NCBI GenBank assembly: GCA_038087875.1
Contig: JAXLNO010000255.1
Span: 1 to 50,369 of the forward strand
From: Malacoraja senta
Taxonomy: Eukaryota
DNA length: 50,369 nucleotides
Direction: 5' to 3'
Under the pieces are notes generated by a model. That model saw only the letters and a list, made by a program, of their open reading frames with translations, was not told the origin of the DNA and did no database searches. Both the position numbers and the translations under genes were made by a program. This document shows, in pieces, positions 1 through 12,061 of the stretch (positions are counted from its first letter, which is position 1; each line of letters begins with the position of its first letter).

Positions 1-86
1 AGCTCTCCTCTCCGCCTTCGTGCAGCTGAGATACCACACAGAGATGCCATGTGTTAGTATGCTCTATGTGGTGCTGCGGTAGAAGC
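1..86 (-). mobile_element. Rex-Babar-type LINE fragment (RT C-terminal region)
   Basis: The reverse complement reads approximately FYRSTT-ESILTHGISVWYLSCTKAERRA (with a frameshift), matching the Rex1-like FY..IESIL...I.VWY motif. Confidence 0.6.
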
Positions 87-521
87 ACCCTCACCCCTTC
101 TCTTTTGTCCCCAAAAAAGTAATTGATCTGCACTTTTACACCGTTTCTCCCTCCACAGAGGCTCCCTGACACATTGAATGATTTTTGCTTTTACATCTGT
201 CGCTGTTTTTTCTTTTTAATATAGAATAACAGATTCTCGTGACACAAAGCTTTTTGTGAATCAGTTGTTTTTTTATGATGATAAAATATACTGGGGGGAG
301 TTAGTTCACATTTTTGTTTAATTGCAATACATTTTCATGGTGGGCTTTGATCTATTGCTTCTGGGTATGGGCCAAATGAGACTAGCTTAGAGAGGCATCT
401 TAGTTGGAATGGATGAACCATAGTGAGATCAGTTGTCATGCATCTAAATCCTTGAGTCATAGCTTAACTACTGTTTGACAATACCTTATTGCTGCCTATT
501 CCTGTTGCAGAAATAGTTGGC

Positions 522-710
522 CATAGAACATAGAACAAAGAACAGTACAGTGCAGGAACAGGCCCTTCGGACCACAATGTCCCTGCTGAACATGATGCCA
601 AGTTAAAATATTCTCATTTGTCTTCATGTGAGTTATATCCCTCCATTCCCTGCATATCCACGTGCCTATCTTCAAGCACCATAAATGCCCCTTTTGTGTC
701 TGCCTCCACT
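522..710 (-). mobile_element. CR1/HER1-type LINE 3' end
   Basis: Antisense tail catagaacatagaac...gaacaggcccttcgg, the reverse complement of the CR1 3' ends seen elsewhere in the window. Confidence 0.7.
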
Positions 711-1311
711 CTCAGGTCCAAGGGCAAACCAGATAAATATTAATGAATAAGGATTAGAGAGATAGAAGGTTAAATGCAGAAAGGAAGAAGGAGGCTTGAC
801 TAGGCAGGACCTTGAGCTAAGTGGGCTGTTTTTGCACAGATATACTACGCAATATGCAAGGACATGTTTAAAAACCTACATAAAATTCTGCAAGTTATCA
901 CTAGAATGAAAAATCATAAAAGAGAAAATCTTAGCTTAACCTCCTTTTGAAAGTTAAGGTCCTTCCATTACAGGCATGAACAGCCCTTGAGTGATTTACA
1001 GAGGTTTTATTGGAATACCCTTTGCAAAAAAACATTCTAGCGGTTAATGTCTCCCCATACGCAACAAAACTGCTCTCTCTTTAAAGCATTTACTGCTGCT
1101 TGAAGATCTGTATTTTGTTGTAGAGAGTGCAGTTTTGTCCAGTCCAATAGCTACGAGCAGCTAATAGGAATCCAGATGCATTAACAAAAGTTCACCAACA
1201 TTTGAAAGCGAAATGCTGCAGATTATTAAAATTTTCATTCCTAATCAGAAAATAAAAAATAAGTGGCAGTCACGATTGTTGAGTAAGTGACTCTGAAATT
1301 TCCCAATCATG

Positions 1312-1791
1312 TAACGATATGATACGATACAATACGGTACAATAGAACTTTATTTATCCCAGGAGGGAAATTGATCTGCCAACAGTCATAAAGACACAAA
1401 ATACATGAAAAATTAAATTAAAGTGATGAGTGGAAAGGGTTGGGGGATGTGCAAAGATTGGGGGAGGGGAGTCAGTCTCAGTCTACCCCACGACAGAATG
1501 GGGAGGAGTTGTAACGTTTGATAGCCACAGGGAAGAAGGATTTCCTGTGGTGTTCTGTCCTGCATCTTCGTGGAACCAGTCTGTTGCTGAGGGTACTTCT
1601 CAGGTTGAGCAGCTTGTCATGGAGTGGGTGAGCTGTATTGCCCAGGATGCTCTGCTGATTGGGGAGCATCCTCCCCTCCAAGGCTACCTCCCATGAATCC
1701 AACTCCAGCCCCAGGATGGAGCCAGTCTTCCTGATGAGTTTGTTGATCCTATTGGTGTCTGCAGCCTTCGCCCTGCTGCCCCAGCACAGTA
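1312..1791 (-). mobile_element. Rex-Babar LINE, 3' part (split by a CR1 insertion)
   Basis: The minus strand encodes CWGSRAKAADTNRINKLIRKTGSILG...HPLHDKL...RKSFFPVAIKRYN (ORF 1478-1702). A (GATAC)n-type tail lies at ~1315-1343. Confidence 0.85.
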
Positions 1792-3144
1792 ATTACTAAG
1801 TTACTGAAGAGTATTCTGAGGGATAGGTTATACAGGCATTTGGATGGGCAAGGGCTGATTAGGGATGGTCCGCATGGTTTTGTACGTAGAAGGTCATGTC
1901 TCACAAATCTGATTGATGTTTTTGAAGACGTGACTAAAAAGGTTGATGAGGGCAGAGCTGTAGATGTTGTGTGCATGGACTTCAGTGAGGCGTTCGACAA
2001 GGTTCCGCATGGTTGGCTGCTCTGGAAGGTTAGATTGCATGGGATCCAAGCAGAGATAGCCGAATGGATAGCAAATTGGCTCCATGGAAGGAAGCATAGG
2101 GTGATGGTGGAAGGTTGCTTCTCAAACTGGAGGCCTGTGACTAGTGATGTGCCTCAGGGTTCGGTGTTGGGCCCGTTACTGTTTGTCATCTACATCAATG
2201 ATTTGGATGACAACATACAGGGCAAGATTAGCAAGTTTGCTGATGATACAAAAGTTAGTGGTTTTGCAGATAGTGAAGATGGTTGTGAAAGATTGCAGCA
2301 GGATCTGGATCGATTGGCCAGGTGGGCGGAGGAATGGTTGATGGAATTTAACACAGGAAAATGTGAGGTGTTGCATTTTGGGATGTCGAACAAGGGCAGG
2401 ACCTACAAAGTAAATGGAAGGCCTCTGGGTAGTGTTGAGAGCAGAGGAATCTAGGAGTGCAGGTGCATGGTTCCTTGAAGGTCGAGTCGCAGGTAGATAA
2501 GGTGGTCAAAAAGGCTTTTGGCGCTTTGGCCTTCATCAGTCAGAGTATTGAGTATAAAAGTTGGGAAGTCATGTTGCAGTTGTATAAGACGTTGGTGAGA
2601 CTGCATTCAGAATATTGTGTTCAGTTTTGGGCACCATGTTATAGGAAAGATATTGTCAAGCTTGAAAGGGTTCAGAAAAGATTTACAAGGATGTTGCCAG
2701 GAGGTTGAGTCGGCTCGGTCTCTATTCCATGGAGCGCTGGAGGATGAGGGGAGATCTTATAGAGGTATACAAAATCATGAGGAATAGATCGGGTAAATGC
2801 ACAGAGTCTTTTGCCCAGAGTAGGGGAATCGAGGACCAGAGGACATTGGTTCAAGGTGAAGGGGAAAGATTTAATAGGAATCCGAGGGGTAACTTTTTCA
2901 CAAAAAGGGTGGTGGGTGTATGGAGCAAGCTGCCAGAGGAGGTAGTTGAGGCTGGGACTATGCTGGGACTATGCCATTGTTTAAGAAACAGTTAGACAGG
3001 TACTGTACGTGGATAGGACAGGTTTTGGAGGTATATGGACCAAGTGTAGGCAAGTGGGACTAGTGTAGCTGGGCCATGGTTGGCGGTATGGACGAGTTGG
3101 GCCGAAGGGCATGTTTCCACACTGTATCACTCTATGACTCTATG
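1792..3144 (+). mobile_element. 5'-truncated CR1 (HER1-like) LINE with broken RT ORF
   Basis: ORFs 1840-2454, 2457-2708 and 2705-2995 carry DFSEAFDKVPH, VPQGSVLGPLLF, KFADDTK, YCVQFWAP and LERVQKRFTRM. The 3' UTR ends gaagggcatgtttccacactgtatcactctatgactctatg. Confidence 0.95.
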
Positions 3145-3425
3145 GTAGCAAATAAGGTGGCACTGGCTACCACCAATTGGTAGAACTTCTGCAGCATCTT
3201 ACTGCAGGCATTTAAGGAGCGGAGCCTTCTCAAAAAGTACAGCCAGCTCTACCCCTTCTTGTACAGGGCCTCAGTGTTCTTGGACCAGTCCAGTTTAATC
3301 TTGTTGGTGTTGAGGTGCGAGTGATTCAGCCAACACCACTTAACAAAGTCGTTGACTACACCTCTGGATTCAGCTTCCCTCCCCTCACCGATGCAGCCCA
3401 CAATTGCAGAGTCATCAAAGTATGT
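3145..3425 (-). mobile_element. Rex-Babar LINE, 5' part of the split element
   Basis: The minus strand reads DDSAIVGCIGEGREAESRGVVNDFVKWC...LNTNK, then an internal deletion, then KLDWSKNTEALYKKG*SWLYFLRRLRS...FYQLVVASATLFA, which continues into CWGS at ~1790. Confidence 0.85.
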
Positions 3426-3627
3426 GCTCTGTAACCATCTGGTGCATTTGAATTTCTAATTAAGGAAGAATGTTGAGGCTATGAGGAGCAATGGAGAAGA
3501 GGTTTACCAGAGTACTACCAAAAGTAGAAGGTATTAGATACAAGGAGAACCTGGACAAACTGGGACCTGATAGACCTGAAAGAATAGAGTGTTGAGCTTT
3601 AAGATTAGAGTGAAAATGTTTGATGGC

Positions 3628-4210
3628 ATCTAATACCTTCTAATTATTGGAGCATTCTGGTAAACCTCTTCTCCACCGCTCCCCAAAGCCTCAACATTCT
3701 TCCTAAAATAGGATGACGATAAATGCACATAATACTCCAAATAATCAGTTTATAAACCTGCAACTTGACGTCCTGATGCTTATACTCAATTCCATGATTT
3801 AAGAAGACAAAGCATACCATGTGCCTTCTTTATCATTCTCTCTCTACTTGTGTTGCTATTTTCAGATCCTATGGGCCTGGACCCAAAGATAAATCTGTGC
3901 ATCAATGTTGTTAAGGCTACTGCCATTAGCTGTATACTTTTCCATTACATACGACCTTCAAAGTGCAACTTCTCACACTTGTTTGCATTAAATGCCATCT
4001 GCCATTTCTCTGCCCATAACTGCAACTGATCGCTCTCCTGTTGTATTATTTGACAGGCTTCTTCACTGTTTGTAACTCCACCATTCCATCCAGAATAACA
4101 TACTTCCACCACCTGTCTTCTATGGTTAACCCAATTATGAATCCAAACTACCAAGTCACTGTTAATCCCAATGCATCTTAATTTCTAGATCAGTTTATTT
4201 TGGTGGACCT
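3628..4210 (-). mobile_element. Decayed CR1 LINE RT fragment
   Basis: ORF 3945-4154 (WIHNW...LQLWAEKWQMAFNANKCEKLHF) matches the CR1 RT at 1840-2454. Confidence 0.8.
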
Positions 4211-4659
4211 TTATTAATTAATATACACACAAAGTTGATCTGTGAGTACTGAGTGTGGGCATGTGTGAGATTTCAGTGCTCAATGGTGGCATGGAGAGGA
4301 GGTAACATGTTATGTGCCTGGGTTTTCCTCACAAAATATTCTATTGCACATAATGTCTAAGGTATTGGGCACAATAGTATTGGACAGTGTGTATAACTGT
4401 GCACAAAGGTATTTCCGCTGCAAGGCTATGCCAGTAAAAACATTGAGGGTTGTGGATCATAGATGTTAATTATGATTGAGAAGATGGTGGGTCTCAAGTG
4501 CTGTCTGTGCTGGGAGGTATTAGGATGCTAGGTCTAGGGCAATAGGGGTGCTGGAGGGAGGTTTGTGGGTAAAGGTGTGCCCTAGCTGGACATGTGGTGG
4601 ATGCCTAGCTAGGGGTAGGAGGTGGAAGCAAGAAAGAAACCCACCAGGAAGTGGGTTTT

Positions 4660-4790
4660 GTTTCCATGGCAACAGCCTTGTCAGGAGGTCCTGTTTCCAT
4701 GGCCACATGCCTTGTTAGGATGAGGGTCCTGTTTCCACGGATAAAGGTCTTGTTAGAGAGAGAATCCAGTTTCAATGGCCACGGGACCTA
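4660..4790. repeat. Four degenerate 33-38 bp tandem units, each starting with an RFX X-box-like motif
   Basis: gtttccatggcaac (4660), gtttccatggccac (4693), gtttccacggataa (4731) and gtttcaatggccac (4769). The first three are each followed by cttgt(c/t)ag. Confidence 0.65.
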
Positions 4791-5326
4791 TCAAGCTGCA
4801 TTGCTTTTTATTGGGGGAAAAGGGTTTCACCTGCCTTGCAAAGACTTACTTGCCTCTGCACTTTACAGATCATGCATGCAAGATGATTTCTGAATAAGAG
4901 ATGTCAAATTGTATTAAATGTAAAATGACAGTGAGCGTATACAGGCTGCTGCGTGTCAACTTGTTTCAATTGAAGTTCATGTTTTGATTAAATTCTATCC
5001 TATTGCACATATATTTCTAATCATATCAACTTAAATTTTAGCATGTGGCTAAAATAGAAACCAATGGCTAGTTCACAATTTCAACTGGACACAACTGACC
5101 TAATCTAAGTTGGCAACAGTGTCTTCTTTGTTTTATAACATTTACAAGACTGTTTTCACAACACCTTCCAACTCCACAGACAGAAGAAGCAAAAGGACAG
5201 AGCACTAGATATGCAGGTATACACACCAATGGATAGAGAGGGAGGGTGAACATCAAACAAATGAACCACCTTTCTCTAAATTGGACAAACCTTACCTTCA
5301 AGCCTTCATTTTCTTGCTGGCTCAAA

Positions 5327-5500
5327 GGGCATTATGGTGGTGCAGCTGGTAGTGCTGCTGCCTCTGTAAGTGGCCCCTTGTGTTTAAGCAGTAGATACAA
5401 GAGTGGGATAACAAGAAACTAATGTAAATTGGTGATTGATGGTTAGCATGGATTCGGTGGGCTGAAGGGCCTGTCTATATGCTGTATCTTTCAATCAATT
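5327..5500 (+). mobile_element. HE1-type SINE, internally deleted
   Basis: Head ggtggtgcagctggtagtgctgctgcctc joined to the CR1-derived tail gggctgaagggcctgt...gctgtatctttcaatcaa. Confidence 0.7.
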
Positions 5501-5854
5501 AATTATATTAAAAGGATTACTATTAGCCTCAAGATGGTATAATAGTGATCAATAACATTTATTGAGAAAAAGGGATTAATTTAGGGCATTCTTGTTTGGA
5601 GAAAAATACAAATGAAATGTTTAATAATATGGGGCATAATTGGTAGTGAGCCAGTCAAATTGGACATTCAAATATTCAAGGTTTCTTATTCAGTAATTAA
5701 CAAGAGATTACATTTATTTGGAATAGAAGTACCGACACTTTCAAGGGCAAATGGTTGTGTTTTGGTAGAGCATGGTGTTGTGGAATAGATGAAAATGTCA
5801 GTAGGTTGGCTTCAATTTCTTCAGAAAACTGGACTGCTCTTTATCAGAGCAGAG

Positions 5855-6965
5855 AACCTAGAAAAGTACAGCTCAGGAACAGACGTTTCAGCTAGCCATG
5901 CCTGTGCCAAATGTGATGTGTAGATAAACTAATCTCCTCCGCCGACATGTGATCCATATCCCTCATACCCTGCGTGTTGGTATGCCTATTGGACAGCGAC
6001 CCCTCTCTCGGATGCCGCTCTGATCCCCATCACCGGTAAACAGGCCAGGGGAGGCCAAACTTCAGCATCAAAGGTATTAACACTGTCCAATCAGCTAATA
6101 TTGGTTTTGCCCACCTGAACCTTGTCAGCCTACAAACCCTATGCGTTGCCGCAGAGGGAGAAGTGAGAGAAGAAGTAGGATAGAAAGAAGGAAGGAAGGA
6201 AGAAGATGGGGAGGTAAAGTGGGGTGCCTCCCTGCTAGCTGTGTCCCCTGTTAGGCATCTTGGAGGAAGGCTGAGCACCTGGGACAAACCTGAGACCATC
6301 AGCTCACCATTTTCTGGTCAAGACTGAGCTGCCTGGACAACCCCTAGCAGTCACACCTCTACTGAGGCCAAGACTGAGTGGCCAGGCCATGCCTAGACCA
6401 TCAGTGCCTTTTACCTGCCCACAGACAATGAGGAACTAAAACTGCACCAATACCGAGCAGCCCGTATAAGCCTAAGACTGCCATGCTTCCACCTTCAAGC
6501 CCAAAGCAGAGCTACCAGGCTGAGACCACTAACATCCCCTACCGAGGCAAGGGTGAAATGTAGGGCCAACCCTGAGATCACTGTGTCTCCTTCGAGACCA
6601 GGAATGAGCTGCTGGGACGAGCTCGAGGTCGACACCACCACCTCACATGCGCACTGGTGATGAGTGACTCTACTTGTCACTCTAAATAAACCATATTACA
6701 TGCATTCACCCTACTGTGGGTGTCTGTGTGGTTAATGTCGACCTGATGCCACACTATCTAAAAGCCTCCTAACTGCCACCTTTGTATCTGCCTCCACCAC
6801 CACCTCTGGCTGTGCATTCCAGGCACTCATCACTCTCTGAGTGGAAAAACGTACCCCACACATCTTCAAACTTTGCCCCTTTCACTTTAAAACTACGCCC
6901 TCTAGTTTTGACATTTCTACCCTCGGGTTGGGAAAAGGTTCTAACTGTCTACTCTATGTATGCCC
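5855..6965 (-). mobile_element. CR1 3' end interrupted by a solo LTR
   Basis: The antisense CR1 tail reads ...tatgcctat before the insert and resumes ctatctaaaagcctc... after it. Confidence 0.7.
5990..6753 (+). mobile_element. Solo LTR (764 bp; Gypsy or ERV type)
   Basis: Starts TG and ends CA. A 4-bp duplication CTAT (5986-5989, 6754-6757) cleanly splits the CR1 tail. AATAAA at 6685-6690, CCAAT at ~6087, and internal short direct repeats (caagactgag, gaccatcag). Confidence 0.75.
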
Positions 6966-7084
6966 CATTCTATCGGGTTTTTCTTAAAAAGTAAAAAATT
7001 AAATCCAACTTATTGCATTCTCAAAATCTTTCTAAACCCCTTCATGTAGTTAAGGGCAGGAGTTCTCTAATATATTTTTATATG

Positions 7085-7285
7085 TTTCCGTGATTTTTTC
7101 ATACAGAGAGTAGTGGAGGCCTGGAGCGCGGTGCCAAGTCGGATGCAATAGTAGCATTTGAGAGCCTCTTAGATAAGCACATGGAGGTGCAGGGGATTGA
7201 GGGATAGGGATCATGTACAGGCAGATGAGTTAGTTTAACTTGGCATCATGCTCGGTCCAAACATTGTGGGCCAAAGAGCTTTTCC
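7085..7285 (+). mobile_element. CR1 3' end fragment
   Basis: cagagagtagtgg...ctggagcg...ttggcatcatgctcgg...gttctatgttcta. Confidence 0.7.
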
Positions 7286-8309
7286 TGCTGTTCTATGTTC
7301 TATCTAGGAAGAAGTGAATTAGCAGCAATTATACTCAGGGAAATATTTATTTGGTAACCTTGTGTCACAAACAATTTTGCTCAAATGACTGGTCTATCAG
7401 AACTCAAATGGTGTAATTAACTGGAACACTTTGTAACTAAAGGGAAATAAGTAGTCATTGTCCTTTTACCAGAACAGCTATAAATATTTTCTCCAGTGAG
7501 TAAATATACACAGTATATTTCATGCCACAAACTATATGAGTGGTACCAGAGAACCTACATAACAATGCTTACTTGTGGCATGAGCACATTTCTTATTTAA
7601 GTAGACTTCTATATCAGAATCTTACCATTTAGACGATCAATTCTTGGCAATGCAGAAAAATAACTAGACTGACTCCAACTTTGAAAATATCACAATTTAT
7701 GACCTCTTTAATTCACGGTGCCATGAACAGTTCTGGATAAATAATGGATTATTGAACACTTTCTACTTGCTCTGGCCAATTGAAGATTATTAAGTGAATG
7801 TTTGTTTGGGTATAGAAACAGCCAGGTAGATGAGTTGATATTTATAGCATGTTTTCCAAATGCAATATTATCAATAGATTATGGCATAATTTTTCAGATA
7901 CAAAATAAATCAAACGGATTATAAATGGAAGATTGTTGATTGCACTAATCCCGTCGAAGGGATAGGATGTCAGAAAGAGGTCATTTGCTCCATCTTGGTC
8001 CAGGACCTTGTGGTGGAGTTAACACCAGTATGTATCTATTGATGCCAGGAATGAAGTAATGCACTTCCCTACAATGTTGGAATAATGTTCAAACAGCACC
8101 AGGAGACCAGCTTCAAGAGCAGCAAATTAATTGTTCAAAGAATTGTGCATATTGGAAATGAGCATCATTGAAAATATGTCTTTTTTAAATAAACTTTCCG
8201 ACTGCCAAGATTCTCACTCAGTCTTTCACGGATGAAAGTAAGACTGGGAATAGTTATATCCTAGTGAGACGGGTGCCCTGCTGATCTGTAATACAAGGCA
8301 TGATATAAT

Positions 8310-8950
8310 GATGTACAGAGGGATCTTGGGATCCAAGTCCATAGCTCCCTGAATGTGACAACACCAGCAGATAGAGTAGTACAGAAGGCATATGGTATGC
8401 TTGCTTTCATCAGACAGGGCATCGAGTCAGTAAGTCATGTTGCTGCTTTATAAAACCTTGGTTAAAGAGACATTTGGAGTATTGTGTGCAGTTCATTTCA
8501 CCCAATTACAGAAAGGATGTAAAGACTTTGGGAGAGGGTGCAGAAGAGGTTTATCAGAATATGAATGCCTGAATTAGAGGGTATTTGTTATAAGGAGAGG
8601 TCAGATAAACTTGGATTGTTTTCTCTGGAGCGTCAAAGGTTGAGGGGACACCTCACGGGAGTTCATAAATTTATGAGGGGTAAAGTTTAAAGAATATGTG
8701 CGAAGCAAGGTTTTTTAAATACAGAGTGCAGTGAATGCCTGGAATGTGTTGCCAAGGGTGGCGTTGGAAACGTGTAAGACCATGGGCATTTAAGAGGCTA
8801 TTATATCAGCACATCGATATGCTGTGAATGGAGGGATATGGATCATGTGTAGGCAGAGGCGATTGGTCTAATTTGGCATCATGTTCGGCACAGATATTGT
8901 GGACTGAAGGGCTGTTCCTGTGAGGTACTGTTCAGTGTTCCCTGTCCAAT
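8310..8950 (+). mobile_element. Decayed CR1 3' portion
   Basis: Colinear with 2440-3140 (gagggatcttgggatccaagtccatagctccctga...ttggagtattgtgtgcagtt...gaagggctgttcctg). Confidence 0.75.
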
Positions 8951-9194
8951 GTTCAGTCTATGCAGCCTCCAGGTTCTTATAATTTAATTTTTAAAAAGAC
9001 CACAATGCATTTAGAAAACAATTAAAAATGTAAAATAAATCTAAAAATACATCTCAAACATCACCAAAAGAAAACATAAAAATGGGGTGTGGGAGATATT
9101 AAAACAGGTTAGGTTAACTAGTTAGGTTGAAGATAAAGTTTTAAGGAATGGAGACACAAGTAACAGACAGATATAGATATAACAGATGACAAGT

Positions 9195-9408
9195 AATGGA
9201 TGCACAGAGCACTGAGCACAAAGGCAGAGTCTCTTGTCCAGAGTAGGGGAATCGAGGACCAGAGGACAGGTACATGGATAGGACAGGTTTGGAAGGATAT
9301 GGACCAAGCACAGGCAGGTGGGACTAGTGTAGCTGGTACATGTTGGCTGGTGTGGGCAAGTTGGGGCGAAGGGCCTGTTTCCACACTGTATCGCTCTATG
9401 TCTCTATG
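9195..9408 (+). mobile_element. CR1 3' end with internal deletion
   Basis: Near-identical to parts of 2795-2845 and 3000-3144. Confidence 0.75.
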
Positions 9409-9580
9409 ACTGCAGATGCTGGAATCTTGAGCAAAACACAAAGTGCTGGTGGAACTCAATGGGTCGGGCAGCATCTGTGCAGGGAATGGATAGATAATGT
9501 TTCGGGTCGGGACCCTTCTTCAGGCTGAAGAAGGGTCCCTAACTACAATGTCTTCTGACCATTCATTTCACAAAGATTTA
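9409..9580. mobile_element. Penelope-derived unit in head-to-head (palindromic) arrangement
   Basis: Perfect 15-bp inverted repeat gggacccttcttcag-g-ctgaagaagggtccc (9509-9539), flanked by the common element body. Confidence 0.7.
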
Positions 9581-10636
9581 AGGAATAATCTAAAGGAAAG
9601 AGAGACAAGAGTTCAGAAAGAGAATTCCAGAAAATGAATGCACAACTGCCTGTGGTAGAACACCGTGTGTCAGCCAATGGATACCTCCAGAACAAAGTAC
9701 TTAAAGAGACATCATTTTTCCTAGACTAGCTTGCATTGAGTCAAAGTTGGTAAACTATAAACTATGTTTTATGAGTTATCCCTGGTTTAGTACCATAAGA
9801 TGACACACAGCACGTCACTGCAATGGGCAATCATCAGATGTTAAACACGCTGTAGCTGACCATGTCGACTGTCTGCCCAAATGTATCTGGCCTATTCAGG
9901 GTCACAGATTTATTTCTATGTTGTGTCTCGCAAAGTGGTCTACCATGAAGGCATTTGTTCCTCATACAGTTCTGAATGTGGGATATCTGTGACAGAGCAA
10001 GGATAATGAATGGAGAGGTGTGAAGGAGGGAGAGGTGTAACTGTGTGTTGTCAGCTTACATGTACTGAGGGATTGCTGCAATGTCAGACACACCATCCTT
10101 TGGACAAGGTGATTCTTCCTGGTGAATATATAAGGACTCCTGGACCTTTTTTTAAAGAAGATTTTTTAAAGAAGATTAGTAGTGACATATTGCTTCCTGT
10201 TCAATACTTGTCCCTCAATAAAAAAGTTAATACCATTTATTTTCTGTTGTTTGTTACATTGTTAGTAACTAGATTCAAAAACTGCTCCAGAGACTGAATT
10301 GGGGAAAGGCACTATATAAATGCACATCTTTCTTGTTTTTATATTTCTGTTCTCGAGTTCCTAGCAGTAGTTTGATCATTGTGTTGTCCTAATGTATAAG
10401 CTGGATTGATTTTGAGTCTGTTTTGGGGAGGTTTGCTTCCTAACTCACTGTACATTCTCTCTCCCTCGATATTCTTATAAATCATTCACTCATGATAATT
10501 AATGGTGTTTAGTTTGTCTCACCACCATGTCTTCGGTGCCTTTCTGCCTTGCAGTCACTTCCAACCCAATGAGCAATACTTTGCATTTGGCTTTTGTCCC
10601 TCAAACATTTATTTGGTCGGCTGTAAACTGCAAACA

Positions 10637-10650
10637 GTTACCATGGCAAC
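10637..10650. promoter_or_regulatory. Consensus RFX X-box motif
   Basis: GTTACCATGGCAAC matches GTTRCCATGGYAAC exactly and lies in non-repetitive-looking sequence. Function is not shown. Confidence 0.4.
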
Positions 10651-10887
10651 TGGCACGACCACTTCTGATGTTTGTTTAATTCTTGGCTCCAGTGCCACCC
10701 AACCTTATTAGCCCTGTTGTCGCATGCTGTTAGACAATTTACTGGCTGCAAGATCAAAGCATTATACATTATGGCAACAGTGGAATGCTACTAAACAAAA
10801 ACATCAATTAACATTTCTTTGTACTCAAGTAATGCATGGCTTTGTCTGCCTTAAGCATGATAGCTTGCAGCATCACAAGCTCCATGG

Positions 10888-11330
10888 ACAACTGCATTTA
10901 TATAGTACCTCTGAAGAGACCAAAAAAAACGACCCCAAAGAGATTCACATGATTATTATTAAAACAATTTTTTATGCAAATAGGTTTATAACACAATTGA
11001 ACCAAAGCTTTAGCAAAGAAGCTGACCAAGGAGTAACTTATAGGAGAATGAAGAGGTAGAGAGTTTTAGAGGGCCCAACTTCAGAGCCTATGCAATTGAA
11101 GACATGACCGCCAACAATGAGGCAATGGAAACTAAAGATATGCAAGAGGCCAGAACCGAACAAGTGTGATAATTACAGAGGACGTCACCGAGATACAAAG
11201 GCCACGGAGTCATTTCAGTATGAAAGCTAGGGCAAGGGATTTAATATGAGGGATATGGGATATTACCTGAGTTGGAACTGACCATCAAACAGAGGAATAG
11301 AAAATTCAGATGCCAGCTTGAAGATTAAGC
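10888..11330 (-). mobile_element. Old L2-type 3' tail fragment
   Basis: The reverse complement ends ...ctttgggg...aggtactatataaatgcagttg, an L2/SINE2-type terminus. The far boundary is uncertain. Confidence 0.45.
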
Positions 11331-11966
11331 TCACAGGGTAATTAATGTTATCGCCGTTCTCTCTATATGTTGGCAAGAGCAAGAGCAAAATCAACATCAT
11401 GTGATTAATACAGGCCAAGCAGAACTAATAAAAAAAAAGAGGCTGTGCCGTATGTTAAGCTCACTGCTGTAAAACTTTCCTACAGAGATCTGTTTTGTGT
11501 TAAATGTTTTAGTAAGGCACTCGCACCCTGAGGCTCTGAGACTATGCCTCTAATAACATTACAGGCAGTGTGATTTCACCAACCCCTACACCTGCCTTGA
11601 AAATTTAAAAAAACGCAGCTTAGGAAATGCTGTGCAGGTGGAGTGAAAGATTAATTGGCCCGTTTGTCACCAGGGTGCCCCAATCAGGGAGATGTGAGGA
11701 GGGAGGGCAGGGGTGCCAAGGCACTAATGAGCCACTTCCTGATTGCAGTCCTTGCCATCAGTTCCCCTTCCTCCCTCATAATTAGGGTTCCCACATAGCC
11801 AGTTTTGGGATTAGTTTATCTGGAAATTTCTCAACTGTAATCAGGACACCAAAAGTCTGGTAACCAAAACAAAAACACATGGAGCTTTGCCACTTTAGTG
11901 CCTTGCGATGTAGAAATATTTGTTCATGCAAAATGAAATACCAAAACAAAACTAGACATTTCTTAA

Positions 11967-12061
11967 GGTAGACAAAAATGCTGGAGAAAATCAGCGGGTG
12001 AGGCAGCATCTATGGAGCGAAGGAAATAGGCAACGTTTCGGGCTGAAACCCTTCTTCAGAC
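11967..12061 (-). mobile_element. ~95-bp Penelope-derived unit with minimal hammerhead core, flanked by a direct repeat
   Basis: The minus strand reads gtCTGAAGAagggtttcagcccGAAAcgttgcc. Direct repeat agacatttcttaa at 11954-11966 and 12058-12070. Confidence 0.75.

Noticed and set aside
5292..5325. Strong minus-strand donor AAG|GTAAGG
   Set aside because: No convincing acceptor; upstream sequence is a SINE.
10110..10335. Possible ancient Deu-domain SINE with L2 tail
   Set aside because: Only short patches resemble it; too decayed to call without alignment.
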